Made by a program: the position numbers and the translations under genes
Notes under the pieces: generated by a model
The model's database searches: none
Seen by the model: the letters and a program-made list of their open reading frames with translations, nothing else
Told to the model about the DNA's origin: nothing
Assembly: GCA_044892525.1 (NCBI GenBank)
Contig: CM097885.1
Coordinates: 13,208,001 to 13,272,000 of the forward strand
Source: Schmidtea polychroa
Taxonomy: Eukaryota
Direction of reading: 5' to 3'
Length of the DNA stretch: 64,000 nt
Shown here: positions 26,941-40,983 of the stretch, piece after piece
Position numbering within the stretch: the stretch's first letter is position 1
Layout of the letters: each line of letters starts with the position of its first letter

Positions 26941-29302
26941 TATACACAGTTTTGTCTTATTTATTTGGTTTTTTGAAAATTATATTTACCTTTTCTAGAA
27001 ATTATTATAACGTGACTCATCACTTTAAGCATTGGTTGTTATCGTGCATTCTATTGATTGTTTAAAACAATTAGATTAATTATTAAATTTATTTTTATTT
27101 TATTTTATTTTAGCGATTTTCATGGGGATTTTTTTCATAATCATTATTTAATTATTCTCTCTTAAATTCTGCACTTTTTTCATAGCTCCTTCGTATGTAA
27201 ATACAACCAATAATCATTCCTAATTCTCGATCTTACTAATTCATTCTTTTCTATGAGCTAGCTGATTTTTCGAATGCGTTGTTTCTCTCTTCTAGTTATA
27301 TCGGTCATTGCAGCTTCTTGTATTTATTGTATTGAAATTTCAGTCGGTTCGATTTCAAATAAAAAATTCCTCAACCAATCTTATAAGAAATTTATTCGTT
27401 TATTATTTCTAAATGTACATTGAATGTCAAAGGTAACTCCGGTGCAAATCTAATGAGGCATATTCAACACAAACTTCCTGATATTGACGAAAATATAATA
27501 GAACAAGAAATAAAAAATCAGACAATTAGAACTTTAACAATTTCGGGTTGTTAGTTCGATTATCACTGACTTATTGATTTAACAATTATATTCCTTTTTC
27601 TGTTTCTCTTTTGGCTGCTTTGTTTTGTCCTTTATTAAATACGATTTCAATTTCACCTCTTCTTTCTTTGAATTCTCAATATTGCGTCTTCTATAATCTC
27701 ATTTCTAATTCTACCTCTTCAATAAATTATCTTCTGTCTTTGCAATTAGTGATTTTCTTTTATAACTTGCCATATGCCTTTGGACATTCCTAATTCCCGT
27801 ATTATCTCAGACATCTGTGGTTGATTAGGTATTGTGTCTGTGTGCGCTTTGATTTGTATTTGTTTTTTGATTTTTAAATTTTTCCTAACGGTTTTGGAAT
27901 TCTAGATTAATGTTTTGTTTGGTCGGATTAAGTGATCTAGTTTTTAAAAATGTTTATGGAAATTGTTTTGATAATCGAACTGATATCATTTTATTTCGTT
28001 TTCTTGCCTTTTTATTTTTCGTTCTGTTCTAGTGATGTATTTATTATCTAATGTGTTTCTATTCTCAAATTGTTTTTCTTTTCCTAATTTTCATGTGCAC
28101 ATATTAATTTAAAGCGACTTTGTCGCGTTACATTTTTCGATTTCATTGATTTTTTGCTATCTTTTTCGTTTTCCAATTTTATCACTTCATTAATTTTTTC
28201 CCGTATTTGAGAACATAACATCATTTGCTGTATCAATTTTCCCCCGATCATTTTTATTCATTTTGGAACATTATTTCACTTTTTGTTATTCAGATATCCT
28301 GAACAAAATTGATGCAGTTTCGAGTTTAGGAAAATATATTATTGAAATTAATAAAGAGTAAAGAAAATTTTTGTTCCAATAAAGTTCAATTAATCGGGAA
28401 AATGGGAAAAGGTGAAAAAAATAAATAGAAAAACCAAAAAACAAATCAAATTGATTGGAATTCAAATCAAAATTTAAGAAAATAAATTGATCAAAAGCGT
28501 ATTTGTGATCAACCCTGATTGGTTGCAAGATTTACAAAATAATATATAAGCCACCACTTTTCAAATTCATTGAAATTTTAAATATGAATCGCGCGAAATC
28601 GTAATCTGAATTCTATTTTAATAATTTTTATTTTTTAATTGTTTATAATTCTTGTAATTTGATAGAGATAAAGATATTACATTAAATAAATTAGTTGCAT
28701 TTCTCTTCCGATCTTTAAAATTTTATTTAAATGTTATTTTTATGATATGTAGGTCCCAGATTATTTTGATTGGATATAAATATTATTATAATAATGACAA
28801 TTCACAAAATTAAGCGTTTTTATGGCTAGTTGTGTGGTTTTGTTAATATACCCGGAAGGAGACCGTACAGTAACTCTGTCTTAGGGAAGAATTTGATACA
28901 ATCATCTCCGATATAGAACTTAGTTTTAAAATTAACGAATTCGAATGCAGAGAATTTAATCAATAATGAAGTCCATGATGGCTAAAAATGTCCACTGGTA
29001 GAATAAAAATAATGAGGTCAATAAGTGAACTAATAAGTGTGGGCAGCATGGTAACGACTTATAAATTCTTAGGGATTATACGATTAATTTCCCTTGCCAT
29101 CAGTGGTGCGTTTATTATCATTATTATATTTTATTTTAATTACATTTTTTTATGAATTAAATATAACAATTTTTTATATATTTCTACTGCTTCAGGTTGA
29201 ACTTTAACAAGTACTAGGATAAAATTTTCAATAAGCTAAATGGTTCTATTGTTGTAATTAAATTACATTTAAGAATTAATTTAAAATTAGTAAAATTAAT
29301 AC

Positions 29303-29570
29303 TTCGGTTATAGTTCCACTTTGTAGTCCACCATTTAAAATTTTATTAAGTGAAGGTAACGGAGTAAAGACTTTCTGAATCATTTGTTCATATAAATCTA
29401 AAGCCTGAACCAGAATAAAATAATGATATTATTAAAGGCTTACAGAACATTCAATATCACATGTTACTTTGTCGGCTTCTCTTCTTTGAATGTTCAAAAC
29501 ATTGTCTTTAGATAAATTCCATTTTTTTATTAAATATTCTGTAGTATAACTTAAAATGTTCATATATTGA
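29303..29570 (-). CDS. RAD51D-like gene, upstream exons (~29570-29444; 39-bp intron 29443-29405; 29404-29303)
   Basis: Spliced translation ..LIKKWNLSKDNVLNIQRREADKVTCDIECS|ALDLYEQMIQKVFTPLPSLNKILNGGLQSGTITE| with GTAAG..CAG and GTATT donor. Continues as LVGPPGSGKS at 14955. The 5' boundary and start codon are approximate. Confidence 0.85.
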
Positions 29571-32451
29571 TGAAATGACTTAATAAAATATCCGATTGGT
29601 ACAAATTGAATTATAATTATTTAAACAACTTATTTAGAAAATGGCGATAAAGAAAAAATAATATCTTTTGAAAATAATATTTTTAAATATGGAAATATTA
29701 CATACATAGATTTCTTACATTTTCATACATAGATTTCTTAAATAAATATGAAAATTTGAAATACGTTTATTTTTAATTTTTATATATATGCATAAAATCA
29801 ATTTTCTAGAAATCCTAGTGTGTTCCATTCACTCATTCCTGATCAATTAATTTCACAAGTTAATTACTGATCCATAAAAACCTAAAAAATACAAATAAAA
29901 TGGATTATTTTATCCCGTTTGGAAGACAACCACCATGTCTACCAAGCTGTGAAATTTTGTTTAATTATTAAATTGAATAATGTTTTTCAAATAATTAATT
30001 AATTAATTGGTAATTTTAAGTAACCTTGTCTAGGAACTTTCCATCGTTTTCAAATTATTATATTTGTGTATATCTTTTCATTTGCTACCAGTTCAAACCT
30101 GTTTTCCGAGAAATAATGATCAAATTTTTTTACACTGTTAATTAACTTTTTAAAACTTTGGTGCATTCGATTTTCTATTCATCGTCAATCTTTAGAACCA
30201 AAAATATAATTATAAAACTCAAAAAATCTTCGAAATATAGGTCATTGGCAAAGGTTCTAAAATTTTAAATGTTTTATTTTTGAATATAAGTAAAAAATGA
30301 TATTTGGATTTATTTTTTATTGGAGCCTCTTAAAATGAATTTGACAGTTCGTATTTTAGTTATGTGTTTGACGCTACTGGTTTAGGATTGAAAACAATTG
30401 TTGGGTTATTGGGTTGGTGATAAATTTAAATGTTTACTCTGACTCCAAGCGTGTCTTTGACTGATCCACAAATAACACTTGACTACAGAAATATTTATTG
30501 ATAATCACAATAAACTTTCACTTTACACTGACAATCAATTCAACACTCTGCTTGGTGACTATACAATGCTTATTACAACACTCAGTGAGGAATAGGACTT
30601 GGTTATAACGCCGGATTAAAAGATCACAAATTACTGATTGGTTTATCAACTGGCACTTTGAGCTGGTTGTTTTCTTTGACCTTCTTCACAAATTTATTCA
30701 AATACTCAAGTAACTTCTTTTCATTTTATTTTTCAACCAACTCTTGTCTTCAAATCTTGTCCAATAATTATTCTTCACAATTGTTTTCTTTACTATTATT
30801 TTTCACAAATCGTTTCTCCAATAACGTTTCGTCTGACGTTGTCTAATTTTTCCCAATAATTTTATTTCCCGAGTTCGTCTCGCAAATTTGTCTTTACTCT
30901 TGTCTCCCAAATTTGTCTCCTAAATTGTTTCTACTCTTCTCTGAATTTGTGTCCACCAGTTTCCCTTTATATAGTTTGTTTTGTTTGTGGCACTGGAGAC
31001 ATATTTTGTTCTCCATTTTCATTTTCTTCTGTGTTCCCACTACGTCAGCTTTATCTCCGACAAATGTCGAAAAATTTTTTCTCTTTTCCCTTTTTTGTTA
31101 AGCCACCTTCTCCCGCCAATTCCACTATCTTTGACAAGCTGTCAAGATATTGCTTTTTCCAATATTTTGTTTTTCTGGTATTTAAAATTCCACCTCTATT
31201 TGTACTTCTTACTTAACAATGACCTTTGATTTAATTTCTTGTTTGTTTTTTTTCCTTTGATTTATCTTTCTCATTTTTAATTTTTTTTACTTTCGTTTTC
31301 TTTTTTGAGTTCCTATAGATCGTCCCGTTTGTCATGACAATCTCCCCCAAGGTAATTTATTTATTTAATATGTCATTTATCAATTAGGTATCCTCAACAC
31401 AATCAATCAAACTTGAATAATACACTTATGAGAGTTAGCGAATTGGTTGCGCTTGGATAATCCAAGACTGATGGGTCCACCAATGTCTTGTATCGAACTT
31501 TATCAAGAGCGTCACTTGCATTGGAAATCAATCCTCTAAGGAAGATTTCTTTGTTTGAATAGAAGGTGTTGATGATCATTTTTTAATAGATTTTAATAAG
31601 AATTGTTGGGCTAAATTACGAAAAATCCTGAATTTTCTATAAAGTAATTAAATAAAATCTTGTTTTAACATAAAATTGAGGTAATCAGTCAAGTATTACG
31701 AAAAATAAAGAATAAGAGAGGGAGAAATAATAAAATAAAATAAAAAATAGACAAAATCACCAAAATAAAATAAACAAGAAATAATCCCCAAACGAACAGG
31801 AGACACAACCATAACTGATAAGCAAAACAAAATAGCTAGGAAAAATAAAGCAAAATATCAGAAAAACAAAATATTAACAATAAAACGAATAATAATCAAC
31901 AGAAAATAATAAATAAAAACAAAAATGAATAAAATACAAAGTTACAAACAGGATCCGACAAAAGAAAAAGAGAAAAATAAGAATAACTAAATTAGCAAGT
32001 AGATTAAAAAATAAAATAAATAAATAACTTTAAGAAAAGCGTTTTAAAAGTAATAAAAATAGAAAAATAGTATTTTACAACGTACCTGGAACCTGATTGG
32101 ACGAAAATTATTACATAAGAACAACAACTTGACTGATACCCTCAATTCTAAAAAATTTTCATTCAGGGACTATTTTAGCACCAACCACTTACTCGGTACC
32201 ATCATTATTACAGTGTACTATTCGATTTAAGAAATTTAAATTCATCGTACAAAGAAAGGAAAGAAAACGTAAATCTTGATTTATTTTTAATTGTGTATAA
32301 TTTATTATTTTATTCGAATAAGTTAAAATATCATTACATAGTTTATTCTCTTTTCTCTTCACTTCATTTATTTAATAATTTACATTGAATTCCCAATAGT
32401 TCATTCCCAATTATTCCCAATTTATTCCCAATAGCTATTTTCAAGGGAGAG

Positions 32452-35400
32452 TGATTTGAGCACAGTTCGAATAGTCCATATAAAATGAATTCCTCAGAAA
32501 CAGTTTCACGAGAATTAGGAGTTGGTAGAGATCAGCGAGTTTGTATTATGGATAGGAAAGAGAAATTGACTCTCCTGAGATAAAGATGACGTAACAAGAA
32601 CAAAGAATAGAGGTTAGGATCATGGTGAGGAGCACGAGGAATTAGTCCTGGTAAGAATTAGAGATTCGAGATTTGAATAGGAGGAGATTGTTCCGACGAA
32701 TGGATGAACGAGAATAGGCTGTAGCGAGCCACATAGCCAAAAACTAGTAGGAACTGTGGCCGGAGAGTAAGGTAGATAGAGAATAGTAGTCATTGGACAT
32801 GTAGCCATTTAGAGTAAGATTGATTGGGAAGAGGAGATTTTGGTTGTAGACGAAGGATGGAGAACCGTAAGATGAAATTAATATCCTGAGAATTGTTCAT
32901 TCACTTGAATCAAAATTTTATCTATATATATTTTTTTATTTATTTACCATTTATATGTGTGGCGAGACCTGCTTCGGAGAGCGTTTGGGTATTACTGGCA
33001 CGTGTCAGTGGTAATGAGATGATTTTGTCAGGTGGGCACGCTGAAGGTACGGTGTGAACGAGAGATATTTTGAGTTTATGCGTTTTGAGGTTGATGAATA
33101 GAGAGCAGCAGTTCTTCACGTCAGTAGTGTACTTAGACAGATGAGTAACCTATATTAGAATCGTTCCTTCAGACAACCAGTTTTAGAAAATAGATGTTAT
33201 CAATTATCCACCGTCAGAAAAATAACCACTCCAAGATTCGCCCTTGCACTCGTCAAAAAATAGGTCTCGATGCGCATTTTCTGAGAAGAACTGATCCAAG
33301 TTGTCGTGTATCGTTTTTTTCCGAGTTGACATATCCCATGCAGATCTAGCAAGTTTCCATAGTTGATTGACATAGACAATGATTGTCTACACATGAGATT
33401 CTAGAGAGTCATAACACGTTGCATAAACAGTAACATCTCTGATTGAATTATCATCTTACATTACCGCACTGCTGAGGAAATTGACATAACATCCGGTATA
33501 ATCTAGTGACTGTCATGGACTGTTGACATATTTCATAAGGGCCAACCGAATTAAATCACCACCTACCACTTTCACCAGCAAACATATACATGATGTATCG
33601 CAAACTACCAAATGACAAGTGACAGTAGATGGTTATCCAATTCGTGATCATCACGAAATATACACAATAAATCGAGACGGAGTGTAAAGGCCGACAGTAA
33701 ACCATATTTAAGGCGCCGATTCGATCGACCTCCAACGCTCATGTTAGTATACATTCGGCATACATAAACAGGAGTTTCCGTATGATTTATTCTGAAGTCG
33801 CCTTAAATTCTACCCCGGATATTTATTTTAAAGCAAATAGCAGCCAGAACAATTAAACCTTCAACTCAATCATACTGTAAATAATTAAAATTGCCTATTA
33901 ATAAAGTAGAATGTGACCAAACCCACGCATTGGATTAAATAATAATGTTGAAAATTAAAAGACGATTGTCTTAAAAAACGAATCACTGTAAAGCTATAGG
34001 CTAATTTAACTGAACGGGAGATAGTGTGAACATTGCCTTAGAAATCTTGTTTTTATATTCTAGATTAATTTTTTCAGGCCCAAAATTATTTAGTTTTGCA
34101 AAACCGAAGTGACAGGTAGGAAAATTTTGTAGTTACCGTGAGGTTTTCTCGGGAGGTTACTTTTAAATATGTCTTTTTTCCGCATGATCATAAAAATCCG
34201 ACCCGCTATGGAATGATTGATAAACTCTGATTAACCCCCCGATTTTTCTTGATAAATTCAGATAGATACTCACGAGCTGCGATCAAATCTCACTTCCGAC
34301 GGGATACTATGTCAGAATTGATGTGGATAAAATACAACTAGATAGAGTCCTGCGACTTTAAGGTAAGATATCTCGATTTTTCTTAAAGGACGATTGACTG
34401 AACGTATGTGTGTGCGAAATGGTGCTACGACTGAGAAAGGCCGATTTGTTCGTCGATCAAAGCTATTTGATAAAATTCTTGATTTCTGACTTTTTGAATT
34501 TTTAGTCGATGTCGGAACCAAACTTACCAGCACCCGGCCCGAAACCCTGTTTTTCGTGCGCCAACAAGAACGCGAGGTTGTGACAATAAAATGAATATAT
34601 CCGGGTTCTGAAGAAGTGTATCGACACGCTAGAAGGCACGTGGTTCTCCCCGCCACTTATGAAAGAAGCAAACAAGAAGATCTTACGACTCGAGCACTGC
34701 CGTGACAGCCTGCTCGAGGAAAGCCGATGTCAACGGCTCACCATCAAGGCCCAGTCTGAGACGCTTCACCGAGTATATTCCGAAGCGGAGTTAAAGTATC
34801 GCATCAATGAATTCCCGCTAATCGACAAATTGAACGTATTTCCGGTCCATCATCGGACGGACGAGGTGATTATCCAATCCACCTCCCGATGCCACGGCCA
34901 TAGTCCTGAGACGACTACTGTCGTCAACCTCGATTTATTTGGCACAGTAGCTGTGGGAGCACAGCCTGTCCCGGCTAATATCGCAATACCGCCAGTCGTA
35001 CAGACAGAGACGCCAAGCCGTCCGATTCAATCGAACCCCCGGAAAAGGAAACGCCTGACAAGAGCGGAACGGTCGAAGAAGCGCCGCATTGGAAGCATCC
35101 CTGTTTGCCGTCACGGAGGTCCGAAAAAACGTGTCCTTCCCTAATCTCATCGCGTCCTCTAATACTTCTTATCGAGTGATTCCGTCATCCGAATCTATAC
35201 TCTTTTGTGACCCACACCTACAAACCGGCCTTGACGCCATGATAGATGAGGGCGAAATGCCATCGACGAACCCCAATCCATAGCCAGACGAAAACGTACA
35301 TTCGAAATGTAGACTGATATGTGCATCCGATGAGACGCGTGATGACTAACAGCGACGGCGTGAACTGATTAATTAGTATTCTTGATGAATTTTATTATGA

Positions 35401-35781
35401 TTTGTATTGAACTTAATATAATTATTGAAATTTGTCTCGAGTGATCATGTTTGGTTGTGAGTTTCGACTAGAATTTGTTTTCTCCGAACAAGCGGTCGTA
35501 ATGAAATAATGAAAATGGGAAACAACCTCACTAGGACCAGAGGTATGTTATGAGTGAAAAAGACGAATGAAGTAGATGTAAGTCCTTCTAATGGCATTCA
35601 AGAACCCGAATAGCGAATACCAAGAGTAGTCCTAACGCAGGGGCTCACCTGCTCCTGGATTCCAACTTATGTGTCAACCTATTGTCAAATCATATTGGGC
35701 TTCCAGGAAGGAGTCAAGTTATCACCTATCATTACCCCTATGCATTGTAAACCAGGATGACACACCCCTAGGCGCCCAACA
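32452..35781 (+). mobile_element. Possible long LTR or retroelement remnant with higher GC content
   Basis: Purine tract AAGGGAGAG followed by TG at 32452. The segment ends ..CCCAACA at 35781, and its last ~160 bp resemble 3485-3651. No RT or integrase recognised. Confidence 0.3.
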
Positions 35782-36081
35782 GAATTAACCGTGCCGATGT
35801 TCGAAAGAAATATTAATCTTATTTTTTTAGAATATATAAACAATCATTTTAATTTAATTAATTTTAAATTTAATTATTAAATTGATGTATCTGTCATTGG
35901 CATGCAAGTCAGGGGCACTACAAAGATATCTAAAAATAATAAAAAATATTTAAAAATAATTATAATAATAATGTAAACCAATAATTCAAATATTTATCGA
36001 TTTCTCACATTTCAACTTCATTGTTAATATTTTCGTTGAATTTATGTAATATAGTGAAAATTTAGTTATTTGCGTTTTTGA

Positions 36082-36337
36082 ATGTTCCCAATTTTTTCGA
36101 CAATTGTAAGTTAAATTTCATGTTGAAAATTTGTTTTATTATTAATTATTATTATTATTTAGGTGAAATTTGTTATTGGATTTTATGCTGGAATTTATGC
36201 TGTTCAAAATTATCACGTAATAATTAATAATTAAAATAAAAATTAATTACAATCGGATAAATTAGATTCCAATAGTTGAACATCCAAAAGTCCTTTATCA
36301 AAAAGCTTTGATTTTTATCGACAAATATAAAAAATAG
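36082..36337 (+). CDS. STMP1: STMP1-like short transmembrane mitochondrial microprotein, 49 aa (exons 36082-36105, 36163-36216, 36266-36337)
   Basis: GT-AG introns of 57 and 49 bp give MFPIFSTIVKFVIGFYAGIYAVQNYHIPIVEHPKVLYQKALIFIDKYKK*, which carries the family motif GxYxGxYxxQNYxIP. Confidence 0.85.
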
Positions 36338-36444
36338 TTTGAATGAGAATTTAAAAATTTTGAGAAAAAATTTGACATTTTAATGAATAAAATATCATTT
36401 GATTATTCTTTTCTAATTTCAGCATTTTTTCAATTGGTCGAGTT

Positions 36445-36877
36445 CAAGGCCATAAAAAGGCATTATTGCGCCCTGTGCGGTTCATATATCTAGCGCCCCC
36501 AACACGCGAATTCAAAACAGCCTACTATAATAATTATAATATTCATGTTAAGATTGTTGACTATGTATTCATCTCCAGATATTATATAATAGCTAGTAAT
36601 GTTCTTAAAATTAGTTGCTAATTGAAAAAATGACAGGAACCCATTTTGTGGACTAACATTTTATAAAATACACACCTACAAAGGCACGCTAATGGACCAG
36701 TCCAACCAGTAATGTTAAAGATACGCTAGGATGATCTTTTTTTCGTTCATGCCATTTATTATTTTTTTATTTATATTTTTTAATTTTTTGGTGACATTAA
36801 AAAATTGGTACATCCCAATTTTGCGCTCCTTTCAGATGTGCGCCGTATGCAACTGCACCACCCTTGTTACGGCCCTG
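36445..36877. mobile_element. hAT-type MITE, copy 1
   Basis: TIR CAAGGCCATAAAAAGG / CCTTGTTACGGCCCTG, TSD GTCGAGTT/ATCGAGTT (7/8). Near-identical to 39789-40143. Confidence 0.85.
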
Positions 36878-37199
36878 ATCGAGTTGAAAGTGTAAATAAA
36901 AAAAATTTGGTATAATTAATTTTATTATCATTGAAATAATCTAGTTGAATTTGTATTAGTTTGTAATTGTTATTTTGTTATTTATAATAATATGCGACTT
37001 CATTAAATTAAATGTTGAAATAAATAATAAATAACACTTGACAAAGACAGTATTGAAAATTTGTGTTGTATATGGAAAAAATTTGGGATCATGTAAAAAA
37101 AATGACCCGTTAAAAGATATCAATAAAAATTAAATTTTTAATTAAAAGATATAAAATGCAAATAAAAATTCATACCTGATTTGTCTTAAACCGCAGTAA

Positions 37200-38030
37200 C
37201 TCAATCATTTTGTTGTACGAATCACTTTTGAAATGATCTATGAAAGAAAATCCCTATAACAAACATCTTTCTACCTTCATAATTTATTCTTTAATCTTTT
37301 TTTATTTTTAGATTCAATTTGTTGTTGTAGCTTTCAACATTTTGGGTATGAATCCCGTTGAACGGACAAACGAAATTATGTTTGTGTATGTCAGACTGAT
37401 GATAATATTCGTTTATATCATTAAGACAGACATAACTAGCCCATTCATCAGTGTGTATAATAGAACTTTCACGACATCCTTTTGGAACGATTTTCGATTA
37501 TTTTAACAAAGTTTCGGCAAGGAGATGTGTATCTATCGACGATTACCAATGCTCAATTTTTCTCTATCGGCTCTCTTCCCCAATGACTTTTAACTTTGAA
37601 ATTCAGTATAACCTCGTCACACTGAACTATTTTGCCAGGACCACCGAGTTTTATGGGGAATCGAGCATAGTACTCCTCAATTTTAGATATAAACAGCTTT
37701 CGAATATTTGATATTGTGGGTCTGGATACATTCACAAACTTTAAAATTTCGCTTTGGTTTTGACACTGTGACTGAGAGGATCTTCAAAATTTTTTTTTGT
37801 TGGAATGGCGATATCTACACGAGAATTGTGGTTCCTCAAGCAGACAGTTGATTGTTTTTTTAGACACCTATAATTAAGGCATCTCCATTCAAACCCAACC
37901 ATTTGTTTTCACTTTTTTTAAGAGACATGGATACATTACACGTATTACAATCAACTCATCCACGCAACCAACTGTTCTTCATTCATAACAGTTATTCTTC
38001 TAATTCATTTTTAAAGTTCATGTCTAATTT
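37200..38030 (-). pseudogene. Merlin (IS1016/ISXO2-like) transposase remnant
   Basis: PIKLGGPGKIVQCDE..KSHWGR, and downstream IIHTDEWASY..VNHKFV-like segments broken by frameshifts. Confidence 0.7.
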
Positions 38031-38149
38031 ATTAAAAAAAAATAAAGTATTAAGATTTAAATTAAATAATCAAATATTTTTTATGAATATTTCGAAAATT
38101 TTAAATTAATGTAGAATATAAAATAAATTATAATTTATATAAATTAATT

Positions 38150-39580
38150 ATAAGAAAACGCCAAGCAAGCATTCTTTTCACGATATATTTCGACAGTTTT
38201 CCTGTCATCATCAGGTGGGATATAATAACTCATTAAATTAAGGATTTTAAACAAATTTATTAATTATATATAAAAAAATTATACTTAAATTAATATATTA
38301 TTTTTTGAAAATTTTAGCATTTAAAATTTAATTTAATAATTTAAAAATTTTTTATTAATTATTTAATTTAATACAACAATCAATACATACAATATAAAAA
38401 AACCTATTTAAAAACTTGTTTAAAAACACTCAAAACACAGGTATTTACTGCATTCTACACATTAATTTTCGGATTCAATGATTTTATCAACAACGCCTCA
38501 AAATCACACGTTCCCAATAATTATAGAAATTTTTTAATAAAATTTTAAAATCAGACATACCTATTTTAATCTTACAGCCCTTATTGTGCTCACTAATATG
38601 GGTCAAAGCCTTCGGTCTACAATGTTCTCGAGCTCGAATACAGAGATGACGGGAAGTCTCTCCAATGTATGTGGCATTACACCCATTACATGTAAACTGA
38701 TAAACGAGATCGGAACACAATTCGACCGGAGGTTTTAACTTATTAATAAACATATTGCGTACTTTCCATGAAGTTGACACTATCCTATAGTTTAAATTCC
38801 CTAACTGCTTTCTTATCTTCACTTTATAATCCTTAAAACCTTCTGAGTACGGCAATACTAACACAAATTTAGGCTCATCATCCTTGCTCACACTATTTAA
38901 TTTATTTAACTCATCAGACTCACACACCTCAACAAAATCACACCCAGATTTTAACTCATCAGACTCACACATCTCAACAAAATCACACCCAGATTTTCTC
39001 AAACATGATCCTTAGGATTTTTAATAAATTTGTCAACAGTCTCTTTCACCATTATTACTAAAAAGGATTTTGAATAACAGTTCTTCATTAACAATTCAAC
39101 CAATATGTCAACACTTTTTACTGAATTTTTAAAAGTAGAAGACAAAGACCATGCACGATAAATCAACCCCTTCACCATATTTCTTTTATACTTGAATTCA
39201 CAAAAACTTTCGGAAGAAGTATAGAGACCAGTATCCGTTGGTTTTCTATAAATCTCTGTCTCATAGTGTTTCTCTTTGCGTTGTATTAACAGATCCAAGA
39301 AAGCAAGCGATGATTTTTTCTCTGTTTCACATGTGAATACAATGTTTTTATGCAGACTATTGTGAATTCAAGTATAAAAGTATGGTGAAGGGGTTGATTT
39401 ATCGTGCATGGTCTTTGTCTTCTACTTTTAAAAATTCAGTAAAAAGTGTTGACATATTGGTTAAATATAAACTATAGGATAGTGTCAACTTCATGGAAAG
39501 TACGCAATATGTTTATTAATAAGTCAAAAACTGTCGAAATATATCGTGAAAAGAATGTTTGATTGGAGTTATCTTATAAT
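38150..39580 (-). mobile_element. Penelope-like retroelement fragment (RT thumb plus GIY-YIG endonuclease) with inverted partial copies
   Basis: LAFLDLLI..TEIYRKPTDTGLY..KGLIYRAW (39298-38999) and VYQFTCNGCNATYIGETSRHLCIRAREH (39002-38487). 39361-39580 is a mosaic of inverted copies of internal and 3' segments. Confidence 0.9.
38179..38217 (-). ncRNA. Minimal type I hammerhead ribozyme in the Penelope 3' repeat
   Basis: Minus strand: CAC-CUGAUGA-U-GACAG(GAAAA)CUGUC-GAAA-UAUA-UC^GUG. Complete core, 5-bp stem II, palindromic AUAUAU stem III, short stem I. Confidence 0.8.
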
Positions 39581-39788
39581 TAAATCATTGCCATGTATGT
39601 TTAACTATTTATATAAATTAAGTTTGTAAATCCGCTAGTACCAGTTTTATCAATCCAAACCACAATGTCGACTGCCACTTATAAAGTGGATCTTAACATC
39701 GACTCTTCATATCATAGGTCTAACATCTGAAGGTATCAACTCTATGACATTGACCTAAGCGTAATCATAGTTAATAGTTCGGTGGCTA

Positions 39789-40143
39789 CAGGGCCGTAAC
39801 AAGGCATTATTGGGCCCTGTGCGGTTCACTTATCTGGTGCCCCTAAAACCCGAAATCAAAACAGCCTACTATAATAATTATAATATTCATGTTGAGATCG
39901 TTAACTATGTATTCATCTCCAGCTATTATAATAACTGGTAATTCTCTTAAAATTTTGTTGCCAATTGAAAAAATGACATGAACCCATTTTGTGGACTAAC
40001 ATTTTACAAAATACACACCTACGAGGGCATGTTAACGGACCAGTCCAACCAGCAATGTTAAAGGTAGGCTAGCTAGGTGCCCCTTTTTTCGTGCATGCAA
40101 TTTGATAATTTGCACCGCTCGCATCACCCTTGTTACGGCCCTG
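39789..40143. mobile_element. hAT-type MITE, copy 2
   Basis: TIR CAGGGCCGTAACAAGG / CCTTGTTACGGCCCTG, TSD GGTGGCTA/GGTGGCTG (7/8). Confidence 0.88.
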
Positions 40144-40670
40144 GGTGGCTGATAAATAATAAAATTCAAAAAAGGAACAGCATTTTCAATGCGTCAGAAA
40201 ACCAATTCATCTTCAACCTCATTGACAATTGATTGTTGGAGTTGTGTAAAAAGGCACAAATAAATTTAAAGTGCAAAAATTAAAATGCTAATCAGATAAA
40301 ACTGAAAAATTTTAATTAAAAGTAAAACTGTAATTAAAATAAAAAATCACTAGTTTACAGGAAAAAAGGTTTGAACTGGTAGCAGATACAAAGTTTAGTA
40401 AAAAATTTATGAGGGAAATCCCGAGGTGAAATTATTACAAAAATATAAATTAGCAGTGGCGGTCTATTAAATTGGCGCTTAATTAGAAAATCTTTAGATC
40501 TAGTTGTTTATTTGTGTTGTTTAATCAAAGTGACGTGAGGAGTCTGTAAACCAAATCCTACCAAAACACATTAATAAAATTCAACATGGTGTTTTGTCTC
40601 GTTAATTACTGTTCGAAGTATGTTCTCTTTGGTAACTTATTTATAGAACTATGTGATATATCATTTATAA

Positions 40671-40983
40671 CAGTGATGTCCACAATATTTTCAACAAGTG
40701 CAAAAAAAAATTGTTTTTAAATAAATAGTGCCAATTTAAAAAATTCAAATATTTTATTTAAAATCACTATTTAAATTTGAATATTTAAATTTGAATTTAG
40801 TAATCGATTCCTTTGTTTATTTTTAATTATTTTCAAAGCTGACCTCTTTCGATTATAGATTAATAATAAACAATAATTATTGATTTCAAGGTAATGGTAA
40901 TTGTTTCGAAAACTTTAACAAATATGGAAGTTTAAAGAGTGCCAATAAAAAGGCTAACGCGTGCCACACTTTGTGCACCACTG
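40671..40983. mobile_element. hAT-type MITE
   Basis: CAGTGATGTCCACAA / TTGTGCACCACTG ends with perfect 8-bp TSD ATTTATAA. Confidence 0.8.

Noticed and set aside
30658..31229. Phe/Ser/Leu-rich overlapping ORFs
   Set aside because: They derive from pyrimidine-rich low-complexity sequence, probably part of a degenerate LTR or repeat.
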